Below, piece by piece: positions 34,059 through 45,400 of a DNA stretch of 54,866 nt; within the stretch, counting starts at the first letter, position 1, and every line of letters begins with the position of its first letter. The stretch covers positions 12,010,678 to 12,065,543 of the forward strand of contig NC_069008.1 in NCBI RefSeq assembly GCF_001194135.2, given 5' to 3'. The notes below the pieces were generated by a model, which saw only the letters and a list, made by a program, of their open reading frames with translations, searched no databases and had not been told where the DNA came from. The stretch comes from Octopus bimaculoides. Its lineage: Eukaryota. Both the position numbers and the translations under genes were made by a program.

Positions 34059-34852
34059 NNNNNNNNNNNNNNNNNNNNNNNNNNNNNNNNNNNNNNNNNN
34101 NNNNNNNNNNNNNNNNNNNNNNNNNNNNNNNNNNNNNNNNNNNNNNNNNNNNNNNNNNNNNNNNNNNNNNNNNNNNNNNNNNNNNNNNNNNNNNNNNNNN
34201 NNNNNNNNNNNNNNNNNNNNNNNNNNNNNNNNNNNNNNNNNNNNNNNNNNNNNNNNNNNNNNNNNNNNNNNNNNNNNNNNNNNNNNNNNNNNNNNNNNNN
34301 NNNNNNNNNNNNNNNNNNNNNNNNNNNNNNNNNNNNNNNNNNNNNNNNNNNNNNNNNNNNNNNNNNNNNNNNNNNNNNNNNNNNNNNNNNNNNNNNNNNN
34401 NNNNNNNNNNNNNNNNNNNNNNNNNNNNNNNNNNNNNNNNNNNNNNNNNNNNNNNNNNNNNNNNNNNNNNNNNNNNNNNNNNNNNNNNNNNNNNNNNNNN
34501 NNNNNNNNNNNNNNNNNNNNNNNNNNNNNNNNNNNNNNNNNNNNNNNNNNNNNNNNNNNNNNNNNNNNNNNNNNNNNNNNNNNNNNNNNNNNNNNNNNNN
34601 NNNNNNNNNNNNNNNNNNNNNNNNNNNNNNNNNNNNNNNNNNNNNNNNNNNNNNNNNNNNNNNNNNNNNNNNNNNNNNNNNNNNNNNNNNNNNTTGGTAT
34701 ATATATATATATATATATATATATGTTTAACTTTGACAGGTTTTGGCCAATATAGGCCCAGGTCATGTCTAACTTAATAGCACCACCTGGTATATGTGTA
34801 TATGTATATATAATATATATATATATATATATATGTATATGTATATGTGTAT

Positions 34853-35173
34853 GGCACATGGCTTAGTGGTTAGAGTGTCAAACTCACAACCAAGAGGTTG
34901 TGAGTTCGAATCTTGGACCGGGCTGCATGTTGTGTTCTTGAGTAAGACACTTTATTTGACATTGCTCCAGTTCACTCAGCTGTAGAAATGAGTTGCGACA
35001 TCACTGGAGACAAGCTGTATCAGCCTTTGCCTTTTTCTTGGATAACATCGGTAGAGGAGGCTGGTATGCATGGGCGACTACTGCTCTTCCATAAATAACC
35101 TTGCCTGGACTTGTGCCTCGGAGGGTAACTTTCTGGGTGCAATCCCATGGTCATTTGTGACCGAAGGGGTCTC
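34853..35173 (+). mobile_element. SINE family D, full length
   Basis: tRNA-like head tggcttagtggttagag / gagttcgaatc, conserved core, and a cccatggtcatt.gtgaccgaagggg tail. Confidence 0.8.
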
Positions 35174-35589
35174 CGATATATGTATGTATATGTGTATATA
35201 TATATATATATGTGTACATATATATATATATNNNNNNNNNNNNNNNNNNNNNNNNNNNNNNNNNNNNNNNNNNNNNNNNNNNNNNNNNNNNNNNNNNNNN
35301 NNNNNNNNNNNNNNNNNNNNNNNNNNNNNNNNNNNNNNNNNNNNNNNNNNNNNNNNNNNNNNNNNNNNNNNNNNNNNNNNNNNNNNNNNNNNNNNNNNNN
35401 NNNNNNNNNNNNNNNNNNNNNNNNNNNNNNNNNNNNNNNNNNNNNNNNNNNNNNNNNNNNNNNNNNNNNNNNNNNNNNNNNNNNNNNNNNNNNNNNNNNN
35501 NNNNNNNNNNNNNNNNNNNNNNNNNNNNNNNNNNNNNNNNNNNNNNNNNNNNNNNNNNNNNNNNNNNNNNNNNNNNNNATGCATATATA

Positions 35590-36045
35590 TGTATATATAA
35601 AAAATGCACAAAAAATACAAAAATGGGACAAGAATGCAAAACATCCAGACAGTTAGGTGATACAAAAAAGGGACAACAAACCATCCAGACAGATGATACA
35701 AAGAAAACAAGGATGGGTCATTCGGAGTTTTCTATCCTCAGTCAAGTTCCACATTATCTTTGCAATTTCTGCTGGTTATACTTGAGATTGCTCCAATCTG
35801 GCCTGCCCCAAGGAAAAACTAAGCTTAGAGCATTAGATTCCTTGGAAGACAGCAGCGAATGGCTACGAAAACAAGGACGGAAAAAAAACCCCAGAGAAAT
35901 GTTACACAAATACAAATGTAATTAACAGGACATAACAACAAGTGTCTTTCGACTAAGGACAAATTAAATTATGCTGGTGTGTGTAGCAGTAAAGTCTTAT
36001 GGCAGGGACATAAGATTTAATAGGCACAGGGAGGAATATAGATGT
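35590..36045. repeat. Probable interspersed repeat of unassigned class, with internal direct repeats (aaacatccagacag..gatacaaa twice)
   Basis: Internal duplication is visible and there is a sharp junction with the pseudogene fragment at about 36045. The class cannot be established from this window. Confidence 0.45.
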
Positions 36046-36722
36046 AACTGTAATATCCTGGATCACATTGTTATAATTTCTACTATTTTCTTTGTCTCTT
36101 GTTAGTAATATTTCAGTTATGTCTATTTGTTTCATTTCATTCACAGTTTAAATGAATTTCATCAATTTAAATGACCCACAAACTACAGCCATTTCCACAT
36201 CTACTACAACACACCAGTTGACTGTTAGGAGTGATACATTCATAATAATTTCTCGTTTGGTAAATTACCAATGACAATGGAAATTCCACCTTTAATGTCA
36301 ACAGTTGGTTTTTATTATTATCATTCATAATAACCAGTGTGTTTGACTGCCATCGACACATATTGATATTGTAACCAGCATATAATTTGATAGAATCCAG
36401 AAGTTGACCATCAAATGTGAATAACTTAATGTTTTCATTCTTCCAGTCGTATCCTGCAACCAGGTTATTTTCATTAATAACCAAACGATAAATCTCCATG
36501 GGTCCTTTATCTCTAAAATCTGGGGGTGGGGGTGGGGGTGTCATCAACATGAATATGTCTGCCTTTATCAGAAACTGTCAGATCCTGTAGATATAAAGAT
36601 GACAACATTTCACTGAGAGAAATGTTTCTGGAAAATACATCTACCAGGTCGATATAAATATTGAGTTGATTATTTGTAACGAGATCATTAACCAACAAAT
36701 TATGATCGTTTATAGCAAACAT
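36046..36722 (-). pseudogene. Paralog fragment 1 of the multi-propeller gene (end of module B plus first half of module C)
   Basis: MFAINDHNLLVNDLVTNNQL..LYLQDLTVSDK / NENNLVAGYDWKNENIKLFTFDGQLLDSIKL..MCRWQSNTLVI..LLTLKVEFPL / KQIDI..IQDITV aligns to 45189-45840. One frameshift near 36520-36545, another near 36150, and a TAA at 36167. Confidence 0.92.
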
Positions 36723-36734
36723 ATGGCATTGTCT

Positions 36735-37140
36735 AGGCGCAGGAGTGGCTGTGTGGTAAGTAGCTTGCTTACCAACCACATGGTTCCGGGCTCAGTCCCA
36801 CTGCGTGGCACCTTCGGCAAGTGTCTTCTACTATAGCCTCGGGCCGACCAAAGCCTTGTGAGTGGATTTGGTAGACGGAAACTGAAAGAAGCCTGTCGTA
36901 TATATGTATATATATATGTGTGTGTGTCTGTGTTTGTCCCCCCTAGCATTGCTTGACAACCGATGCTGGTGTGTTTATGTCCCCGTCACTTAGCGGTTCG
37001 GCAAAAGAAACCCATAGAATAAGTACTAGGCTTACAAAGAATAAGTCCCGGGGTCGATTTGCTCAACTAAAGGCGGTCCTCCAGCATGGCTGCAGTCAAA
37101 TGACTGAAACAAGTAAAAGAGTAAAAGAAAAAAAAAAAGA
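36735..37140 (+). mobile_element. SINE family A, full length
   Basis: A-box and B-box-like head, internal TA/TG tract, (gtaaaaga) and polyA tail. Confidence 0.88.
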
Positions 37141-37639
37141 GAGATCCACCATAGAGATTGGGGCAAGGGTTCATTTGGCACAGTAAAACACTGGGGACCA
37201 TCTTAATACTGCTACTATTACCATCACAACAACTACTGCCATGACCGCCACCATCAATGCTAGTATTGTACTGAAAGGCTTTTCTTATGTGTATATGTAT
37301 GAGTCATCAATGTTGTGCGTGTATGATAACCTACTTAAAAAGCCAAGCAATCTGCAGTTACTTCAGACTCTGAATAATATATCTCTCACCTCCACTTCCC
37401 ATTTACTTCTACATTCTTTCTTTTGACCTCTATCTCTCTCTCTCACTCCTTTCTGTCTTTACACCGCAGCCACAGCCGCCGCCAACACCACCACCACTAC
37501 TACTACTACTACTACTCAACCTGTTTTAATACAATCAGTGAGGAAAAAAAAGTGTGGGAAGTTTTGGCCCATTTACATAAAAGTATGTGTGCCTCTGAAT
37601 ACATACACACAGCAATACCTATATACACGTTCATACCTA

Positions 37640-37805
37640 TATACTCTATCAACCCCAGTATTTCACTGGTACTTAATTTATCAACTCTGGAAGGATGAAA
37701 AGCCAAGTCGACCTCAGCTGAATTTGAACTCAGAATGTAGCGACTGGTGAAATACCGCTAAGCATTCCGTCCAACATGCTAACAAATCTGCCAGATCGCC
37801 ACCTT
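37640..37805 (-). mobile_element. SINE family B
   Basis: Reverse complement ggcgatctggcaga..ctgagttcaaattcagctgaggtcgacttggcttttcatcc matches 22722-22830. Confidence 0.7.
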
Positions 37806-37811
37806 AAGCCT

Positions 37812-37832
37812 AATACTAATAATAATAATAAT

Positions 37833-37870
<38 letters not shown>

Positions 37871-38000
37871 CCACCACAACAACAACAACAACAACAACAA
37901 TGTCAATCTACTTCATTTTCGTTTATATAGAAAGGATTGAGGTAACTCCTCCTGAAGATATAGAGTCAAAATTAAAAGAAGAGTGCCATTTGCTATCTCG

Positions 38001-38037
<37 letters not shown>

Positions 38038-38040
38038 CAA
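37812..38040. repeat. (AAT)n/(AAC)n microsatellites (37812-37900 and 38002-38040)
   Basis: Direct reading. Confidence 0.9.
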
Positions 38041-39889
38041 TAGGCATTCCATCAGTTACAACAACAAGGGTTCCAATTGATCCTATGAATGGAACAGCCA
38101 GTTTATGAAATTAATGTGCAAGTGGCTCCACACCAGCTAGACTAACATCGAAAGATTGCCCACTATGACACAACATACACATACATACACACTCCAACAC
38201 ACATTTGATGAAATATACTTATACATGCTCACACACTTTTAAACAAAGCTACACTCACACACTACACAAAAATGATACAATAGCATTCACATATCAACCT
38301 CTTCCTGCTATGTTATAAATATCTCCATGACAGTTGTAGAAGTCACTGTTTTACCTCTGTTTTGAACAAATTGATACTTCTGACACAGAAAGACTTCAGG
38401 CAGAAATTGAAACCCAAATATTGACTCTGGTAAATATCATTGCAATTATTATTTTAATTAACAAATGAATTACTAACATATTTACACCATTAAAAATGCT
38501 AGAGCTACTTCACATTAGAGAAGGATGAATTAGCATAGTATCACAGAATGTCTTTGGTCAAATTATGTAAAAGTAATTTTACAAATTAAATAGTTTTAGA
38601 TTTTGATCTTTCAAAGGAAATTCAAAATTTGCAAATTAATTTTACAGATATAAAATATAGATTTTGCTTTCTTCATATAGTTTAATGGAATTTCTTAAAT
38701 AAACCTCCGGCTTTCAGCAAAGCAAGGAAATGATTTAAGTCAATCTTTACTTTTATGCTTATTATTCAACAGTAATTTGATTACTTTGCTAATTAAATTT
38801 GTGTACATTAATAGAAATCAAACTGTAATATAAGTGGAGAATTAATATTATTGGCTTTTCAATACATATTTATCCAATGTTAACTCCTTTATGTTAACTG
38901 TAAGGTGAGTTGGCAAAGTTATTAGCACATTTTTACGGAAAACTGTATTTGCTCAGAGTTCAATACCTCGCGGGGTTGACTTTACTTTCCATTATATTTT
39001 TATGGTCGAAAGGAACCAGTCAAATATTGGAGTAAATCTGTCATCATTGTTGTTGTATTATTTGTCTTCCTCCTCTACGACTTTTCTCTTTCTATGTGGA
39101 AGACATTGACAGGGGTTACACATGTAGGGAGAAAGTCTCATCCAGATTTGTAATGCCTTAAACACATTGTATGTCACACTGGAAGACATTAGCAGTAGGT
39201 GGGTGTGGAGAAGGATTTCCCCAGATTTCAGGTGTTCTAAGCATGTTATATGGTACACTGATATCCTTAAGGCTCCATTAGGTGAACAGAGCTGAAGAAA
39301 TGGCTTTGAATATAAACACACATAATTATTATTTTAACTGTCATTTTTCAAAAGACAGGGACTTTAAAAATTCTTGTCTCAAAAAACTTTCCTTCACTGC
39401 TTTGCAGTGCATGAAAAAAGGGGAAAATCCTGACAAAAATGGGGAAATTCTAACTTATATAGGACAGCTATTCTGAAAGTCTGTTTTTCCAGTTTCCAAT
39501 AAAGGGTTCCAGTGGGGAACAATGAGTAATATTTACTGCATTACCTTATGTCTTGAGGAAACACTGAATATCTGATATATTTAACAAAGCTAGTATCATT
39601 TTGTAGATACACTAATATTTATTATATTTAATTATCTTAATTATTTTTATCTTCTAATTATTGTTACTGATATTATTACTATGTTGTTGCTGCTATCATT
39701 ATTATTTAAATTTAAATCTTTGATTAGGTTATTTCTTAATTATTATATAATTCCTTTTAAAATTTTCTTTTTCCATTTTATTTTTTATTTTAATTCTATT
39801 TTTTATCTTCACCATACTACAATTTAAAAGAAAAATTTATTCCTTGAAGAAAAATATTTTTTCAAAATAGGATATCTACCTTAGTGAAT

Positions 39890-40223
39890 GTGGAGGCACA
39901 ATGGCCCAGTGGTTAGGGCAGCGGACTCGCGGTTTCGATTCCCAGACCAGGCGTTGTGAGTGTTTATTGAGCGAAAACACCTAAAGCTCCACAAGACTCC
40001 AGCAGGGGTGGTGGCGAACCCTGCTGTACTCTTTCACCACAACTTTCTCTCACTCTTACTTCCTGTTTCTGTTGTGCCTGTAATTCAAAGGGTCAGCCTT
40101 GTCACACTCTGTGTCACACTGAATATCCCCGAGAACTACGTTAAGGGTACATGTGTCTGTGGAGTGCTCAGCCACTTGCACGTTAATTTCACAAGCAGGC
40201 TGTTCTGTTGATCGGATTAACTG
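39890..40223 (+). mobile_element. tRNA-derived SINE family C, nearly full length
   Basis: gtggaggcacaatggcccagtggttaggg head and ggtttcgattccc B-box. The 3' half is near identical to 25180-25395. Confidence 0.85.
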
Positions 40224-42403
40224 TGGTGAATGATGTATCAATTATATTTCTATAGAATTCTCATTAACTCAACTTGTCTTCTACTCATAGTTAATATTTA
40301 GAATTATTATTGACCAAATCAAATTTTCCCCATAACCAAATAATATATCTACTGAACAGCTTGTTTCTGCTTACCAGCTCCGTATATTTGAATAGGTCAA
40401 TAGCAGTTCAAATGGGATAGAAATTTTGCTGTATCCAATCAGGATCAAATAAATATTATTCATAAGCAGGTCTGCTGAAATACCTCCTAATCCCTTGTAC
40501 TGGTCAAATATTGTTAGTTTTACAACTATCTCTCTCCCTTAAAATGTTTTCTGTTCCAAGCAGCATGGCATAACTGCGATAAAGATAGGATGGTATTAAA
40601 TTTTCTATTTTTGTAAATCTTATATCAATTGCTGCATCACAGAATTTTGGAATTTGGCAATCTATCTAAAACATACATAAATGCTTACTTAAATATACAA
40701 CTACTTAATTCTCCATTCTTTTACATGTTTCTGCTATACTCTGTGACCTTATATTAAATTTATTCAGTATTTGAACATTGCGCTTACAAAATGGACAGGC
40801 AGCAGAAAGAAAATTTACGGTCTTCCTGGATTACAATGGTTTTCACTGGACAATTTAATTAACAAAGAGTGATTCCTATAGACTGTTTATAAAGTTTTCA
40901 CCTTCAGAATTATAAAGCTAAGATAATTATTACGTAGTTTTGATGTGATTTTCTTCCCAAAAGTAAACCGTGTAGAATGGCACAGGAAATATAAACATGA
41001 ATCCCGTTTAATTTTACAGTTGAAATATTTACTGTTATCTGGTTTATGCTTCATGGAATTTCTTGTCGACAACAAAAGCAATAACAACAAAATAGCTTTA
41101 TTCTATAAAATAAAATGATATCAATGTATCTGAAATATATGTTGTAGTCTTGTCCATATATATTCAGAAAGCTGAAATCATTTTGCATCATTTTGCCTTT
41201 CATCCCACCTTGATCAAAAGAATAACAGTCACTATTTAGAAGATGAAGGTGGAGGAGAATGATTATGAAGGTGGTTTTATGAATCACCAGAATATCATTA
41301 AACACCCCACCAATATTTCCTAATCCACCTCATTAAACCCCCAATACTTCTTAATAAACTACAATGGTTATATTTCCTCACCTAACACAAAACAAAACTC
41401 ACTTCACTTGCCAAATCCATTTTCTATACAAATATGTTTCTCATTGCTACCTGAACACTATATCTTATATTAAATGTGATTAGGATGAACCTATTTTTCA
41501 TTAATTGTGATTATTGCTACTATATATAAATCATTAACCAATCTTTATTATCTCAATCAGGAACAAATAATAACGATCCTCTCAACATGCTGTGTATCAG
41601 TGTGATTATATGAAAGCCCATTTTTTGATAAGCTTTCCAAGTTTAATCAATGTTGTCTATGATAATTGTGTGGATTATATTGGAATGTTGAGAGATTTAC
41701 AGCATTTGTCAGGTTAAGAACCAGTTTCATCTCCAGCTTTATTGATATCTCTTCATCTAAGTAAATATGATGGAAACTAAGCCAACCATGACGGTCCCAT
41801 CATTTCCAGTATATATAATCATTAGTAATACTTATATTCCATCTAATAAGCAAGATGTTCAGTCTGTCTTGTATCTGACAACTTATATGAAGCATAACGT
41901 CTATGTTTTGCTAATTGTTCCATGTTCATGAAGTTTGAACATAATTACCATGAGTGTGCTGTGGCGTACCCCATGTATATCAATTAAATTTAACTTTCTC
42001 TACAGTTTAGAGTATCTCATTATTGAATACTTTCAAGGGCAAGTAAATCTGTAGACCAATTATTAAATAAATCTAAACCAGACATGGCTATTAATTTGTG
42101 ATGTTGACGAAAAATATCATTTCCAGTGAGTATAATTATTGCTAATATTTAGACTCCATGTAACTAGTGAAACTTATTAATACATCCAATAATAGAATGT
42201 AATTAGATGTTTATTTCTAATAATTATTATTCCCACAAGAAGTTGTTTAAATATTAATTTAACAACCTAATACACTGACAGAAATACATTAATCTTTTGT
42301 TTGTGTGTTTAGAATAATGAAGTAAACATTATCTCCCTGAAACTTTAATGTTTTCACAAAGTTGAATGTTTTTTTTTCACTTATATTTCATTATAGATTC
42401 ACT

Positions 42404-45400
42404 ATGGAAGACCAAACAAGAAATACTTTAAGAACACTTATATCTCTGAAAAGAGTTTTTCGTGACTCAACAACAAAATATGATGAAGAAAGAGTTCACA
42501 AAAAAATGCGTAGATATGAGGGAGATGATGGTTCAAGGAGAAAAATGTCAAAGAAACGACCTTCACCTGAGTCAACAACAAAACAAAAAAGACATAGAGG
42601 GGACCATAAAAAGAGGGAAATAGCTGAAAGACAAGATGTTTTTGACAAACATATATATTATACAAGATTCAATGTATATGAAGACAAAATTGATATGTTG
42701 ATAAATTCTCAGAAAGAAATATGTACTTTTTTAAAACGTATAGGATTAGATACAAATAACTTTCTACAAGATTTTACACAGAGAATCGACATTTTGATGA
42801 AAGACATTAAGGAAAACGATTACAATCAAGAATTTATTATTATCAGAAAACTGGAATTGTTCCTGAAACACTATTTGAAGACAAATGTTTTACAAGACAA
42901 GCACAAGACAATTGAGGCACCAAAAATAATCAATAAATTTCGATCTCTTTCTTCAGTTGTGACTACAGAAGCAGCGATAGTTGGATCTGGTGAGGATATA
43001 GACAACATGGTATCCAAAATTGTTGTCATACAAGGAGGAATAGTGACATATTCCCGCCATTGTCTGACAATATNNNNNNNNNNNNNNNNNNNNNNNNNNN
43101 NNNNNNNNNNNNNNNNNNNNNNNNNNNNNNNNNNNNNNNNNNNNNNNNNNNNNNNNNNNNNNNNNNNNNNNNNNNNNNNNNNNNNNNNNNNNNNNNNNNN
43201 NNNNNNNNNNNNNNNNNNNNNNNNNNNNNNNNNNNNNNNNNNNNNNNNNNNNNNNNNNNNNNNNNNNNNNNNNNNNNNNNNNNNNNNNNNNNNNNNNNNN
43301 NNNNNNNNNNNNNNNNNNNNNNNNNNNNNNNNNNNNNNNNNNNNNNNNNNNNNNNNNNNNNNNNNNNNNNNNNNNNNNNNNNNNNNNNNNNNNNNNNNNN
43401 NNNNNNNNNNNNNNNNNNNNNNNNNNNNNNNNNNNNNNNNNNNNNNNNNNNNNNNNNNNNNNNNNNNNNNNNNNNNNNNNNNNNNNNNNNNNNNNNNNNN
43501 NNNNNNNNNNNNNNNNNNNNNNNNNNNNNNNNNNNNNNNNNNNNNNNNNNNNNNNNNNNNNNNNNNNNNNNNNNNNNNNNNNNNNNNNNNNNNNNNNNNN
43601 NNNNNNNNNNNNNNNNNNNNNNNNNNNNNNNNNNNNNNNNNNNNNNNNNNNNNNNNNNNNNNNNNNNNNNNNNNNNNNNNNNNNNNNNNNNNNNNNNNNN
43701 NNNNNNNNNNNNNNNNNNNNNNNNNNNNNNNNNNNNNNNNNNNNNNNNNNNNNNNNNNNNNNNNNNNNNNNNNNNNNNNNNNNNNNNNNNNNNNNNNNNN
43801 NNNNNNNNNNNNNNNNNNNNNNNNNNNNNNNNNNNNNNNNNNNNNNNNNNNNNNNNNNNNNNNNNNNNNNNNNNNNNNNNNNNNNNNNNNNNNNNNNNNN
43901 NNNNNNNNNNNNNNNNNNNNNNNNNNNNNNNNNNNNNNNNNNNNNNNNAAAGGCCCTTTAATAAAGGTCCACTCTGATTACGTTAAAATATGTAATATTG
44001 TATCAAATAAGTGTTTGGCTCTGATCACCAGAGAAAACAAATATGAGGTCCATATCCTATTGATTAAGGAGGAGGAAGTTGAAATCACACAAAAAATTTC
44101 CCTGGAACACGATAATGTCACCATTGCTGCAACTCCAATTAATTTTGTAGTCATAGATGGAAAGAAGCATAAATTGGTATTTTATTCGACAAGTGGTGAA
44201 GAACTTTTTGAAAAATACCTTCCATTCTATGGCTACCCTCATCACATCTACTCTGATAATGTTTATTATTATGTCCTGTTCAAGAGACAGTCGATTGTTG
44301 CATGTTATGATATATATGGAGAAATTAAATGGCAGTGGAAACTACCTTTCCCTGTTCACCCTCACATTGCTGTTTTCCAAGGAACTTTTTATGTGCCAGA
44401 TGTTGAACTCAACAGAGTTCTTCTTTACAAGTATAACGACTGGTCTGGATGTTGTTTACGCATCAAAAATCCTTATATCAGAAATCTAAATCTACGACTC
44501 AAAGAAAAGCAGAATGACAAAAAACTTCTCATTGCCAAAATATGTCATCTGGCAAATGGACAGTTGNNNNNNNNNNAAACTTCTCATTGCCAAAATATGT
44601 CATCTGGCAAATGGACAGTTGGTGGTGTCCGACATCAACCATGATTGCTTGTTATACATTTCTAATGAAGGAGACATTGTGTCTACATTATCTTTGCCAT
44701 CTTTAGCTACAGATATATGTCGATGGGATTCTAATCAAATAGGTGTCACATTACCCCTACAGAAACAATTAAGGGTCATTGGAAACCTATCAAAGACAGT
44801 GAGAAGTGTATCATTAAGGCAGCCTTATGTATGGGTGTGTAAGCTGGGTAAAGGTCAAATTGTTTGTAATTGTGATAAACCATCTCGTTTAGATATTTTA
44901 GCCATTAAAAATTATAATCAAGCTGAAATAATTCATAGAATTAATATTCCATTTGTAGTGAAATCACTATCAATAGAAAATGAAACACTAAAACTATTAA
45001 TTGTTACTAGGGGAAAAGCTTTTCAGTACAACACTAGAATAGATGGTGGTGGTCATGGCACTGGTGATCATCATCCTTGTAGTATTAAGATGGTCCCCAG
45101 TGTTTTAATGTCCCAAGTGAAACGTCCCCTCAATCTCTACGGTGGATCTATTGACCAAATGTTTGTATATCTTATAGAGAACAGCCGTATGTTTGCTATA
45201 AACGATCATAATTTGTTGGTTAATGATCTCGTTACAAATAATCAACTTAATTATTATATCGACCTGGTAGATGTATTTTCCAGAAACATTTCTGTCAGTG
45301 AAATGTTGTCATCTTCTTTATATCTACAGGATCTGACAGTTTCTGATAAAGCCAGACGTGTTGTTGTCCCTCCCGATTTGGCAGACAATCAATCAGTGAG

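Noticed and set aside
39058-39321. GC-richer island with a good minus-strand acceptor (tttcttcag) and coding-like peptides (KDISVPYNMLRTPEIWGNPSPHPP)
   Set aside because: The frame with the most protein-like peptide is closed by stops, no family is recognised, and no downstream donor or partner exon was found. A blastx would settle it.
7586-40223. tRNA-like A/B boxes as tRNA genes
   Set aside because: Each continues into a multi-copy SINE body and no complete cloverleaf is evident.
40300-42000. Possible ancient L1/Tx1-type LINE on the minus strand (DNID*TWKAYQKMGF, KYWGV, KGLGG-like remnants in RT order)
   Set aside because: The motifs are too short and degenerate to exceed chance in AT-rich DNA without a profile search.
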